Under the pieces are notes generated by a model. That model had not been told where the DNA came from. It worked only from the letters and a program-made list of their open reading frames with translations, and ran no database searches. A program made the position numbers and the translations under genes. A DNA stretch of 64,000 nucleotides from contig CBDETK010000013.1 of NCBI GenBank assembly GCA_965242865.1, positions 192,001 through 256,000 on the forward strand, written 5' to 3'. Each line of letters opens with the position of its first letter. The stretch's first letter is position 1. Shown in pieces: positions 38,581 through 48,613 of the stretch. Source of the DNA: Candidatus Latescibacterota bacterium. GTDB lineage: Bacteria; Latescibacterota; UBA2968; UBA8231.

Positions 38581-38808
38581 ATGTCGATATCGATTCAACT
38601 TCCTAGTGATGCGGAACAACGGCTCGATTTTTTAGCGGCGCAAACGGGGCGCACCAAAGATGGTTGCCTACGCGAGATCATCGAACGGGGCCTTGAAGAT
38701 ATGGAGGATTACTATCTCGCGGCCGAAGTCCTGAAGCGCGTCCGCAACGGTGAGGAGCAGGTGTACTCTACGGCTGAGGTGAAGAAAGCCCTTGGCTTGG
38801 ACGATTGA
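38581..38808 (+). CDS. Ribbon-helix-helix (RelB-like) antitoxin
   Basis: AAGGAG RBS; SISIQLP..RLDFLAAQTGRTK..LEDMEDYYLA..VKKALGLDD. Confidence 0.85.
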   Translation: MSISIQLPSDAEQRLDFLAAQTGRTKDGCLREIIERGLEDMEDYYLAAEVLKRVRNGEEQVYSTAEVKKALGLDD

Positions 38809-38851
38809 GTACACCGAGACTGCCATCGATCGGCTTTGCAAATTTCCCTAA
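38792..38851 (+). pseudogene. RelE/ParE toxin N-terminal stub
   Basis: TTG overlapping the antitoxin end; MAWTIEYTETAIDRLCKFP*. Confidence 0.75.
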
Positions 38852-38878
38852 TCCCCCTTGCGACTGGAGCCTATACTA

Positions 38879-39832
38879 ATGAACGATAGACCGTATTCTC
38901 GCCGCACCTTTCTCAAGCTGTCGACAGCGGCCGCCGCCAGCCTTTCCATACATGCCGCTCCGTCCCAGCGCGACATGCCCCAGCGGGTCTTGGGCCGCAC
39001 GGGCGAATCCGTCTCCTTGCTCGGCTTGGGCGGCGCGCACCTAGCCCAACACGGCAACATGGAGGAACGAGAGGCCATCGCCTTGATGCATGCGGCCATC
39101 GACGAGGGGATTACCTTCTTCGACAATGCGTGGGGGTACTCCAACGGCGAGAGCGAAGAGCGCATGGGCAAGGCACTGCGCGGCGGCTATCGCGACCGCG
39201 TATTTCTAATGACCAAGGACGCGAGCCGCCACCCCAAGCGAGCGATTGCCCACCTCGAAGAGAGCTTGCGCCGGCTGCAAACCGACGCGATTGACCTGTG
39301 GCAGTTTCACAGTATCAGAAAGCCCGACGACCCCGTGCGGATCTACGAGCAGGGCCTGTTGGAAGCCGCGCTCAAAGCCAAAGAGGAGGGCAAAATTCGC
39401 TACATCGGCTTCACCGGGCACACCTTGCCCGCCCTGCACGTGGAGATGATCGAGCGCGGCTTTGCTTGGGACGCCACGCAAATGCCGATCAACGTATTCG
39501 ACCCGCATTACCTCAGCTTTGTCGAGCGCGTGCTGCCGGTCGCGGTGGAACGGAACATCGGGGTCATTGCCATGAAGACCTTGGCCGGTTCGCCCGGAGC
39601 AATCCTCGCCACAGGCGCGGCCACGGCCGCCGAGTGCCTGCGCTACGCCATGAGCCTGCCGGTAGCTACTGTGTGTTCTGGCATGGATTCGCTGGAAAAG
39701 TTGCAGCAGAATGCGGCCATCGCCCGGCAGTTCGCGCCCTTGGCCGACGACGAGCGGCTCGCGCTGTTGGCGCGCACCAAAGAGCAAGGGATGCAGGGCG
39801 AACACGAGTCGTACAAGGCTCGCCAGCCTTGA
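38879..39832 (+). CDS. Aldo/keto reductase with twin-arginine signal
   Basis: SRRTFLK; FFDNAWGY; FLMTK; IRYIGFTGH. Confidence 0.88.
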   Translation: MNDRPYSRRTFLKLSTAAAASLSIHAAPSQRDMPQRVLGRTGESVSLLGLGGAHLAQHGNMEEREAIALMHAAIDEGITFFDNAWGYSNGESEERMGKALRGGYRDRVFLMTKDASRHPKRAIAHLEESLRRLQTDAIDLWQFHSIRKPDDPVRIYEQGLLEAALKAKEEGKIRYIGFTGHTLPALHVEMIERGFAWDATQMPINVFDPHYLSFVERVLPVAVERNIGVIAMKTLAGSPGAILATGAATAAECLRYAMSLPVATVCSGMDSLEKLQQNAAIARQFAPLADDERLALLARTKEQGMQGEHESYKARQP

Positions 39833-42747
39833 GCATCGCGCCCTTTCTCGTCCTCCTTTTTGCCGTGCCCCTGTGGGGCCAAGACCTCGGCGTCGCCCCG
39901 GCCAAACCAGTCGGCCCTCCCAAGCTAGCCAGCGCGCTGTGGGCGCGGTCGGCCGCGGCCAAGCTCGCCCGCGCCGCCGGCCTCCGGGAGGTCGTCGTCT
40001 TGGTGCCAGCGGCGGGCGCAGCCGCGGCCATTGACACCACAGCGTTGGCCGCCCTCAACGTGGAAATCCTAGCCCAGTCCCAGCACCTGCTGCGCGCGTC
40101 AGTGCCGGCCGCAGCGCTACGAGCGGTGTCTGAGCTGCCGAGCGTGGCCTTTGTCCGCCGGCCGTACCGGCCCCACGCGCAACAGACCGTCAGCGAAGGC
40201 TTGGCTCGCATCCGCGCTTTTGAACACCACGCGGCCGGCGCGACCGGCCAAGGGGTCAAGGTGGCGGTTATCGACGGCGGGTTTAAGGACGCCGACCGCT
40301 TGACCGACGACCTGCCGGTGCGGCGGTGGCAGCGCGATTATACGGGCGAGGGAATCTATGCCCGCACCAACCCACACGGCACAGCGTGTGCCGAGGTCAT
40401 CCACGACGTGGCTCCAGCCGCCGAACTCTACCTGTACAAAATTGCGGATGAAGTGGATTTGGAGAATGCCAAAGACCGCTGCATCCAAAACGGAGTCGTC
40501 GTGGTAAACTACTCGGCGACTTGGGTGAACACGGGCTTTGGGGACGGGCGCGGGCTGATCTGCGACATCGTCAACGACGCGGCCGACAACGGCATCCTCT
40601 GGGTCAACGCGGTCGGCAACTACGCCCAAAAGCACTACGCGGGTTTTTGGCGCGACAGCGATGCCGACAATCGGCACGATTTTGCCGCGGGCGATGACGC
40701 GATGAATTTGGTCGCGGCCGTCGGCAACGCCATCCGGGTGACCCTAACTTGGGACGATTGGCCCACCACCACCGCGGATTACGACCTGTACCTCTACTAT
40801 CAAGACGCGGCTGGCACCCTCGAAGAGGTCGCCAACAGCACGGATGTGCAGGGCAATGGCGGCGAGCCCGTGGAGTTTGTCGAATACTTTGCCGGGCGAG
40901 CTGGGATTTATGGCATTTCCGTGGTGCGCGTCGGCGAGGCCGCGCCCAAGCAACTGCGCGTGTGGTCTTGGCATCACGACATCGAATATCCGGTCCCGGC
41001 TGGCAGCTTGGGGATTCCAGCGGACGCGCGCGGCGCACTGAGCGTGGGGGCGATCCACCACGACCAATGGGACTTGGGCCGGCTGGCACGCTATAGCGGG
41101 CGCGGCCCCACGACCGACGGCCGCATCAAGCCCGACCTCGTCGCGCCGGCGGGCGTGACCACGGTTTCGTACGGAGCGGATGGGTTTGGCGGGACCTCGG
41201 CCGCAACGCCCCACGTGGCCGGCGCAGCCGCCCTGCTCAAATCGGCCAATCCTTCGCTCACACGCGCCGAGCTGTGGAATGCCCTCGTCAAGGCCACGGT
41301 CGATTTGGGCGCGCCGGGTAAGGACGATAGCACGGGATACGGCAAACTCGTGCTGGCGGTTTCCGCGCCGTCCATTGCCGAGATCGCGCCGCGCCGCGTT
41401 CAGTACGGCCAAACCCTTACCATCGTCGGCGCGGGGTTCGGCGCGGACCGGGGGACGAGCCACGTGGTCTTTTTGGCCGGAAAGATGCCGAGCGATGCCG
41501 ACTATCTCGCGTGGAGCGACGCCGAGCTCCAAGTGCGCGTGCCGACCGGTGCTCGCACCGGCGCGGTGCAGGTGATAACCGGCCGCGGCCGCGACAGTAC
41601 GCAGGTCGTCGTCACGTCGCCGTACATTGCGGAGGTTCGCATGGCTGCGCCAGCCCACACCGACGATCTCGTCGAAATCGTCGGCGCCAATTTCGGCCTC
41701 GTGCGGGGCCACAGTTCCGTGTGGATCGATTCGGTCGCAGTGTCTTTGTTTGAGTCTTGGTCGGACGGGGCGATCCGGTTCCGCGTCCCGCTCAACGCGC
41801 CCTCGGGCGACTTGACCGTGGCGACGCCTGAAGGCACGAGCAATGCCGTCGGCATGGAAATCGCCAGCCCGTACCTCGCCCACCTTTCGCCTCCGCAAGT
41901 ACAGGCCGGCGAGCACCTGACCCTGACCGGCGGCAACTTTGGCCGCGAGCGCGGCGCAGGGTACGTTTTGTTTCACCCCCAGGTGCAAGCGGCCGCGGAC
42001 GATTATGCGGTTTGGTCCAACGGCATCGTCGTCGTCCGGGTTCCGCCCCAAGCTCGCAGTGGCGCGGTGCGGGTTTTTACCGCCGCTGGGGGCACCGGGG
42101 CCGCGCCCGTTGAGATTGGCCGCGAGCGGGTAGAGCCGCTGCCGAGCCGCGGGGTGTTCGGGTACAGTCCGCCCGCTGTGAGCAAAAATCCCAAGAGCGT
42201 CCGGTTCGGCTTTGAGGGGATTGAGCGCGCGGTCTTGTGCCAATTTTCGATCGCGGAAACCAGCGCCGACGAGGTCGTCGTTTTCCTCAACGAGCAGCGG
42301 TACGCCCCAGTGCCAGCGAGTGCGGATTGGACGAATCAGTATCTCGTCCTCGACGCAACGCACCTACACTCCGAGCAAAACATCCTCGAGTTCCGCAATA
42401 TGCTCAATCAAGACCGCGCCGCGTCCTTTGCCCGCTGGCAGTTGCAGGATGTGACGTTGTGGAAGCCTTTTGGGGCCAAGCTGGGCCAGCCCTTTCCCGC
42501 GCCGTTCAACGCGGAAGTGGCCATTCCCTTCACCGTGGCTGCGGCCGGGCCGGTGCGGATTTCCGTCTATAACCTGATGGGCCAGCCGATTCGCGTGTTG
42601 CGCGCTGGCTGGACGGAGGCCGGGGTGCATCGCGTGCGTTGGGACGGGCGCACGGCTGCGGGTGCAGCGGCTGCGTCCGGCGTCTATTGGGCCGTGCTGC
42701 AAGCGGGTGAGGCCGTTCAAACGGCCAAGTTGGCGTTGATTCGCTGA
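39829..42747 (+). CDS. Secreted S8 subtilase with 3 IPT/TIG domains and FlgD/T9SS-type CTD
   Basis: TTG overlapping the AKR stop; signal peptide; triad VAVIDGG, HGTAC, GTSAATPHVAG; CTD PFPAPFN..YNLMGQ..WDG..SGVY. Confidence 0.88.
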   Translation: MSIAPFLVLLFAVPLWGQDLGVAPAKPVGPPKLASALWARSAAAKLARAAGLREVVVLVPAAGAAAAIDTTALAALNVEILAQSQHLLRASVPAAALRAVSELPSVAFVRRPYRPHAQQTVSEGLARIRAFEHHAAGATGQGVKVAVIDGGFKDADRLTDDLPVRRWQRDYTGEGIYARTNPHGTACAEVIHDVAPAAELYLYKIADEVDLENAKDRCIQNGVVVVNYSATWVNTGFGDGRGLICDIVNDAADNGILWVNAVGNYAQKHYAGFWRDSDADNRHDFAAGDDAMNLVAAVGNAIRVTLTWDDWPTTTADYDLYLYYQDAAGTLEEVANSTDVQGNGGEPVEFVEYFAGRAGIYGISVVRVGEAAPKQLRVWSWHHDIEYPVPAGSLGIPADARGALSVGAIHHDQWDLGRLARYSGRGPTTDGRIKPDLVAPAGVTTVSYGADGFGGTSAATPHVAGAAALLKSANPSLTRAELWNALVKATVDLGAPGKDDSTGYGKLVLAVSAPSIAEIAPRRVQYGQTLTIVGAGFGADRGTSHVVFLAGKMPSDADYLAWSDAELQVRVPTGARTGAVQVITGRGRDSTQVVVTSPYIAEVRMAAPAHTDDLVEIVGANFGLVRGHSSVWIDSVAVSLFESWSDGAIRFRVPLNAPSGDLTVATPEGTSNAVGMEIASPYLAHLSPPQVQAGEHLTLTGGNFGRERGAGYVLFHPQVQAAADDYAVWSNGIVVVRVPPQARSGAVRVFTAAGGTGAAPVEIGRERVEPLPSRGVFGYSPPAVSKNPKSVRFGFEGIERAVLCQFSIAETSADEVVVFLNEQRYAPVPASADWTNQYLVLDATHLHSEQNILEFRNMLNQDRAASFARWQLQDVTLWKPFGAKLGQPFPAPFNAEVAIPFTVAAAGPVRISVYNLMGQPIRVLRAGWTEAGVHRVRWDGRTAAGAAAASGVYWAVLQAGEAVQTAKLALIR

Positions 42748-42764
42748 GCTTCTTAGATCAATCG

Positions 42765-42831
42765 CTGGATTCCCGCTTTCGCGGGAAAGACGAGGGGAGG
42801 GGCGGGATGACGAGGGGCGGGATGACGAGGG
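42765..42831. repeat. REP/dRS3-like palindrome followed by a 15-bp tandem repeat
   Basis: CTGGATTCCCGCTTTCGCGGGAAAGACG, then CGGGATGACGAGGGG x2. Confidence 0.75.
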
Positions 42832-43119
42832 GAATAGGCTCAGGTTGAAATTATCGGCGGTATCCCTATTTTTAGGCCGTCCACCTTTCACACACAGAAA
42901 CCCGCATGTCGGGTCTTCTGTTGAATACAAGAGCCATTGCAAAGCGGTAGGGGTTGCTCCTTGCCGTCGGTAAATAGACAGAGCGTTCCCGCATGACTCT
43001 GTGCGTGAAGGTGGACAAGGCCCGGCTCCCAATGCCGTGGGAGCCGCTTCCTCCTTCTTTTAACGCGGAGAGTGTCTCTCATGCGGTCCCCAATCAATCC
43101 GTCAAAAACCCCAACCTCA

Positions 43120-46100
43120 GTGAAAGCGATTACTCATAACGTCGTTTTCCGCAGTAAAGTTATTACCGCCCTTTTCTTGGGCATCCTTGGCTACGTTCCC
43201 CTGTGGGGGCAGAACCTAGACTTTGCCCCGGCCAAGCCCGACGGTCCGGCCAAGATACAGAGTGCGTTGTGGGAATTGGCCGTGCCGCCGGCGGGCAAGT
43301 TGGCTCGTGCGGCAGGCGTCGAGGATACGGTCGTCGTCATTTTGGTTCCGCATCTCGGCCAAGCGTCGGCTTCGATTGATACGTCGTCCATGGCCGCGCT
43401 GGGCGTCACGGTACAAGCCCGGTCGAAAAGCCTGATGCGGGTTTCGGTTCCGGCGTCGTCGCTGCTGGCAGTATCGGAATTGCCGGGGGTGGGCTTTGTC
43501 CGCCGACCATTCCGGCCGCAGGCGCAACAGGAATTTGTCCTTAGCGAGGGCTTTTTGGACATCAATGCGTATGACAATTTCCTCGCGGATATCCGAGGCC
43601 AAGGGGTCAAGGTGGCCATTATTGATGAAGGATTTAAGGGAGCGGACGATTTACCTAATAACATGCCTGGGTTTTGGTGGCACAACTATACGAATGAAGG
43701 GATATACGCCGGCGAAAGCGTCCACGGCACGGCCTGTGTCGAGATTATCTACGATGTGGCTCTGGAAGCCGAATTCTATCTCTATAAGGTGGATGATTTA
43801 GTTGGCCTTGAAAACGCTAAAGACGAGTGCATACGCGACGGAGTTGAGATAATTAGTCATTCTATGGGCTGGTTTGGAACCGGCATCGGCGATGGGCGAG
43901 GAGCAGCCTGCGACATTGTAAATGACGCCGCGGATAAGGGCATTCTCTGGGTAAATTCAGCGGGCAATGACGCAAAGAGCCATTACTACGGGTTCTGGTC
44001 TGACAGCAATTCTAACGGCTGGCATAATTTTAGCGGTGAAGATGAGCTGATATGGTTTGAAGCGGAGAAAGGGAGTGAGATAAGGGTTTTCCTGACGTGG
44101 AATGATAATTGGGCCACTCCCAGTGAGGACTACGATTTGTACCTCTATTTTGAGAACTCCGCCGGCGATCTCGAACGCGTCGCCGAAAGTACCAATCTTC
44201 AAACAGGTCTCAGTCGCCAGACCCCTGTAGAATCGATCGAAAGCAAGGCAGAGCGATCGGGAATGTTCGGGATTGCTGTTGGGAGTTGGAGCGACGCCCA
44301 GCCTAGAAGGCTGAGAGTGAGGTCGCTCAATCACGACTTTGAATATTATTCGGAGGCGGAGAACAGTATCGGGAGTCCGGCGGATGCCCGAGGGGCCATG
44401 AGCGTCGGGGCAGTCTATCATGGGAATTGGAATGCTGGTCGGATTGAAGACTATAGCTCGCGCGGCCCTACCACCGATGGCCGCGACAAACCCGAACTCG
44501 TCGCGCCTACTGGCGTATTGACAGTTTCTATACCGGATGGGTTTTTCGGAACCTCCGCGGCGGCTCCCCACGTCGCTGGCGCGGCGGCCCTAATCAAGTC
44601 GGCCAATCCATCGTATTCGCGCACTCAATTGTGGAACGCGCTTATCGCGGCAACGGTTGACGTAGGAAGCCGGGGACAGGACAATACCTTTGGCCACGGC
44701 AAACTCGTGCTGCCGGTTATGCAAGTTGCCGCCGCGCCGCTCCCCAACATTACTTCCATCTCGCCCAGTCGGGTGCAATACAATCAAACCATAACCATTC
44801 GCGGAACAGCTTTCGGCGCGAGCCGAGGCACGAGCCGGGTAGTTTTCCACGGAGGCACACAACCCAACGCCTCCCAGTATGTTAGCTGGAGCGACACCCA
44901 GATCCGAATACGAGTGCCGTCGGGAGCGCGCACCGGCAATGTGCAAGTTATAACGACGCGGGGAAGCGACACGGCGCGGCTGACAGTTACTTCGCCTTGG
45001 GTCAGCAGCATCTCTCCGCAGACCGCAAGGAGCAATAATGTTGTCACCGTGAGCGGGGAGAATTTTGGTTCCTCGCGGGGGAGCAGTTCCGTGCGAATCG
45101 GTTCGACCACGATCACTTCGTTCACCTCTTGGACGAGCAGCTCGATCCGATTTCGCATTCCCCGCAACACGCCGCCCGGCAACCTGACGATTAGAACGAC
45201 AAACGGCACCAGTAATTCCGTCCGCTTGAACATAACGAGTCCGTATCTGACAAACCTCTCGCCGACGCAAGTAAAAACCGGCGATCGCCTGACGCTAACG
45301 GGCGGCAATTTCGGCTCCCGACGCGGCACGGGATACGTCTTGTTTGCTTCTAATGTACGGCCTTCTGTTGGGGACTATGTGAGTTGGTCGGACCGCCGAA
45401 TTGTCGTCAAGGTTCCGGCTCGCGCACGAAGTGGCAATGTGCAGATTACGACCTCGAATGGGACGTCCGGGACGCGGCCGCTTACAATCAGCAGCGGACC
45501 GCAAATTACTTCCATCTCGCCCAATCGGGTGCAATACAATCAAACCATAACCATTCGCGGGACGGGTTTCGGCACGAGACGAGGCACGAGGCGGGTGGTT
45601 TTCTTTGGGGGCACACAACCCAACGCCTCCCAATATGTTAGCTGGAGCGATACCCAGATCCGAGTGCGAGTACCGGCGGGAGCGCGCACCGGCGATTTGC
45701 AGGTTGTAACCACGGGAGGAAGCGGCACGGCGCGGCTGACGGTTACCTCTCCTTGGGTCAGCGGCGTTTCTCCGCAGAACGTAAGGACCAATAACGTCGT
45801 TACCATCAGCGGGGAGAATTTCGGTTCCTCGCGGGGGAGCAGTTCCGTGCGAATCGGTTCGACCGCGATCACTTCGTTCACCTCTTGGTCGAGCAGAGCG
45901 ATCCGATTTCGCGTCCCCATCAACACGCCCCCGGGCAACCTGACGATTAGAACGACAAACGGCACCAGTAATTCCATCCGCTTCAACATAACGAGTCCGT
46001 ACCTGACCAGCATCTCGCCGACGCAAGTAGAAGCCGGCGATCGCCTGACGCTAAGGGGTGGCAATTTCGGCTCCAGCCGCGGCACGGGATACGTTTTGTT

Positions 46101-48441
46101 TACTGCGTTACTGCCTCGTGCTGGGGACTACGTGAGTTGGTCGGATCGCCGCATTGTCGTCAGGGTTCCCGATAAGGCACCGACCGGCGATGTGCGAGTT
46201 ACGACCTCGAACGGGACGTCGGAGACGAAGCACCTTACAGTCGGCAGTACCTCGCCGCAAATTACTTCCATCTCGCCCAGTCGGGTGCAATACGGTCAAG
46301 TCATAACCATCCGTGGGACAGCTTTCGGCGCGAATCGGGGCACGAGCCGGGTGATTTTCCACGGGGGCGAGCAGCCCAATGCTTCCCAATATGTTCTCTG
46401 GAGCGATACCCAGATCCGCGTGCGAGTGCCGACGGAAGCGCGTACCGGCAATGTGCAAATTATAACCGCAGGGGGAAGCGACACGGCGCGGCTGACGGTT
46501 ACTTCGCCTTGGGTCAGCCGCGTCACCCCGCAGACTACAAGGACTAACAATGTTGTCACCGTAATCGGAGAGAATTTTGGCTCTAGTCGGGGGAGTAGTT
46601 TGGTGCGAATTGGTTCGACCACGATCACTTCGTTCACCTCTTGGACGAGTAGCTTGATACGATTTCGCATTCCCCGCAACACGCCGCCCGGCAACCTGAC
46701 GATTAGAACGACAAACGGCACCAGCAATTCCGTCCGCTTGAACATAACGAGTCCGTATCTAACGAACATCTCGCCGACGCAAGTAAAAGCAGGAGATCGC
46801 CTGACGCTAACGGGCGGCAATTTCGGCTCCCGACGCGGCACCGGATACGTCTTGTTTGCTTCTAACATACGGCCCTCTGCAGCCGACTACGTGAGTTGGT
46901 CGGACCGCCGAATTGTCGTCAAGATTCCGGCTAGCGCCCGAAGTGGCAATGTGCAGATTACGACCTCGAATGGGACGTCCGGGACGCGGCGGCTTACAAT
47001 CGAAAGCAAGTCTCTCCAAATTACTTCCATCTCGCCCAGTCGGGTGCAATACGGTCAAACCATAACCATTCGCGGGACGGCTTTCGGCGCGAGCCGAGGC
47101 ACGAGCCGGGTAATTTTCCACGGGGGCGAGCAGCTCAATGCTTCCCACTATGTTCTCTGGAGCGATACCCAGATCCGCGTGCGAGTGCCGACGGAAGCGC
47201 GTACCGGCAATGTGCAGGTTGTAACGACGAGAGGGAGCGACACGGCGCGTCTGACGGTTACTTCGCCTTGGGTTCGCAACGTCTCGCCGCAGACCGCAAG
47301 GAGCAATACCGTTGTCACCGTAAGCGGGGAGAATTTTGGTTCCTCGCGGGGGAGCAGTTCCGTGCGAATTGGTTCGACCGAGATCACTTCGTTCACCTCT
47401 TGGTCGAATAGCTCGATACGATTTCGCATTCCCCACAACACGCCGCCCGGCAACCTGATCGTTAGAACGTCCGAAGGCACCAGTAATTCCATTCGCTTGG
47501 AAATAACGAGTCCATATCTGACGAGCATCTCGCCGACGCAAGCAAAAGTAGGAGATCGCCTGACGCTAAGGGGCGGCAATTTCGGCTCCAGCCGCGGCAC
47601 GGGATACGTCTTGTTTGCTTCTAACATACGGCCCTCTGCTGGAGACTATGTGGGTTGGTCGGACCGCCGAATTGTCGTTGAGGTTCCAGACGGAGTTCAG
47701 AGCGGCGATGTGTGGGTTGTGAACTCAAATGGATCGTCGGGGAGGAAACGCCTTACAGTCGAAAGCGAGCAGGTAGAGCCCCTGCCGAGCCGAGGGTTGT
47801 TCGGCTATAGTCCGCCAGCGGTTAGCAAAAATCCCAAAAGCGCCAAGTTTGGCTTTGACGAAGGGACCAGTCGCGAACTCTATTGTTATTTTTCGGTAAA
47901 GGAAATAAGCGCGGGCGAAATGGATATTTTTCTCAACGAACAGCGGTACACCACGCTGCCAGCGAGCGAGGATTGGACGGATTGGTATCTCGCCTTGGCG
48001 AGAACAGACCTGCGCTCCGGCACAAACATCATCGAGTTCCGCAACATCTCCAACCAAAACCGCACCTCAGGTTTCGATTTGTGGCAATTGAAGGATGTGT
48101 CTGTGACATCGCTAAGGCCGGCCAACGCCAAGCCGGTCGTCGGCGCACAACTATCGGAAGAGCCGGTGTCCGGCCTAGGCGACCCCTTCCCCGCGCCGTT
48201 CAACGCAGAAGTCACCATTCCTTTCGCCGTCGCTGCCGCCAGCCCCGTGCGGCTTACCATCTATAACCTGATGGGCCAGCCAGTGCGCGTGTTGACCGAT
48301 GGTTGGGCGGAGGCCGGATTGCACCAAGTGCGCTGGGATGGCCGCACGGCGGCGGGTGCAGAGGCTGCGTCCGGCGTCTATTGGGCCGTGCTGCAAGCAG
48401 GAGAGGCGGTCCAAACGGCCAAGTTGGCGTTGATTCGCTGA
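43120..48441 (+). CDS. Secreted S8 subtilase with 12 IPT/TIG domains and FlgD/T9SS-type CTD (start uncertain)
   Basis: Triad VAIIDEG, HGTAC, GTSAAAPHVAG; four ~252-aa triple-IPT modules; same CTD as the upstream paralogue. Confidence 0.88.
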   Translation: MKAITHNVVFRSKVITALFLGILGYVPLWGQNLDFAPAKPDGPAKIQSALWELAVPPAGKLARAAGVEDTVVVILVPHLGQASASIDTSSMAALGVTVQARSKSLMRVSVPASSLLAVSELPGVGFVRRPFRPQAQQEFVLSEGFLDINAYDNFLADIRGQGVKVAIIDEGFKGADDLPNNMPGFWWHNYTNEGIYAGESVHGTACVEIIYDVALEAEFYLYKVDDLVGLENAKDECIRDGVEIISHSMGWFGTGIGDGRGAACDIVNDAADKGILWVNSAGNDAKSHYYGFWSDSNSNGWHNFSGEDELIWFEAEKGSEIRVFLTWNDNWATPSEDYDLYLYFENSAGDLERVAESTNLQTGLSRQTPVESIESKAERSGMFGIAVGSWSDAQPRRLRVRSLNHDFEYYSEAENSIGSPADARGAMSVGAVYHGNWNAGRIEDYSSRGPTTDGRDKPELVAPTGVLTVSIPDGFFGTSAAAPHVAGAAALIKSANPSYSRTQLWNALIAATVDVGSRGQDNTFGHGKLVLPVMQVAAAPLPNITSISPSRVQYNQTITIRGTAFGASRGTSRVVFHGGTQPNASQYVSWSDTQIRIRVPSGARTGNVQVITTRGSDTARLTVTSPWVSSISPQTARSNNVVTVSGENFGSSRGSSSVRIGSTTITSFTSWTSSSIRFRIPRNTPPGNLTIRTTNGTSNSVRLNITSPYLTNLSPTQVKTGDRLTLTGGNFGSRRGTGYVLFASNVRPSVGDYVSWSDRRIVVKVPARARSGNVQITTSNGTSGTRPLTISSGPQITSISPNRVQYNQTITIRGTGFGTRRGTRRVVFFGGTQPNASQYVSWSDTQIRVRVPAGARTGDLQVVTTGGSGTARLTVTSPWVSGVSPQNVRTNNVVTISGENFGSSRGSSSVRIGSTAITSFTSWSSRAIRFRVPINTPPGNLTIRTTNGTSNSIRFNITSPYLTSISPTQVEAGDRLTLRGGNFGSSRGTGYVLFTALLPRAGDYVSWSDRRIVVRVPDKAPTGDVRVTTSNGTSETKHLTVGSTSPQITSISPSRVQYGQVITIRGTAFGANRGTSRVIFHGGEQPNASQYVLWSDTQIRVRVPTEARTGNVQIITAGGSDTARLTVTSPWVSRVTPQTTRTNNVVTVIGENFGSSRGSSLVRIGSTTITSFTSWTSSLIRFRIPRNTPPGNLTIRTTNGTSNSVRLNITSPYLTNISPTQVKAGDRLTLTGGNFGSRRGTGYVLFASNIRPSAADYVSWSDRRIVVKIPASARSGNVQITTSNGTSGTRRLTIESKSLQITSISPSRVQYGQTITIRGTAFGASRGTSRVIFHGGEQLNASHYVLWSDTQIRVRVPTEARTGNVQVVTTRGSDTARLTVTSPWVRNVSPQTARSNTVVTVSGENFGSSRGSSSVRIGSTEITSFTSWSNSSIRFRIPHNTPPGNLIVRTSEGTSNSIRLEITSPYLTSISPTQAKVGDRLTLRGGNFGSSRGTGYVLFASNIRPSAGDYVGWSDRRIVVEVPDGVQSGDVWVVNSNGSSGRKRLTVESEQVEPLPSRGLFGYSPPAVSKNPKSAKFGFDEGTSRELYCYFSVKEISAGEMDIFLNEQRYTTLPASEDWTDWYLALARTDLRSGTNIIEFRNISNQNRTSGFDLWQLKDVSVTSLRPANAKPVVGAQLSEEPVSGLGDPFPAPFNAEVTIPFAVAAASPVRLTIYNLMGQPVRVLTDGWAEAGLHQVRWDGRTAAGAEAASGVYWAVLQAGEAVQTAKLALIR
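44749..47760 (+). repeat. Four tandem 756-759-bp modules
   Basis: ATTACTTCCATCTCGCCCA starts at 44749, 45505, 46261 and 47020. Confidence 0.92.
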
Positions 48442-48613
48442 GCGTTGCAGGCCAAATGACTGCTGGCGAGCGGCGCGGGCGACATTTCTGCCGCCTTCGA
48501 GGCTGGCCGAACCTGCTAAGGCTAATTATCTGGCCGATCTTGCACTTTTGAGCGGGTTGGTATATGAATCAGAAACGATTATGACCAAGTACCACCTGAG
48601 AAGGAGGCATACT

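Noticed and set aside
39298-39828. N-terminal extension of the first protease (similar extensions on cmk, scpB, gcvH, rfbD, aroE)
   Set aside because: These are open frames overlapping upstream genes in GC-rich DNA; coupled starts and a signal peptide define the true starts.
42488-48441. Near-identical protease 3' ends as a DGR template/variable pair
   Set aside because: Differences are mostly synonymous and not adenine-specific, both copies are coding, and no reverse transcriptase is present.
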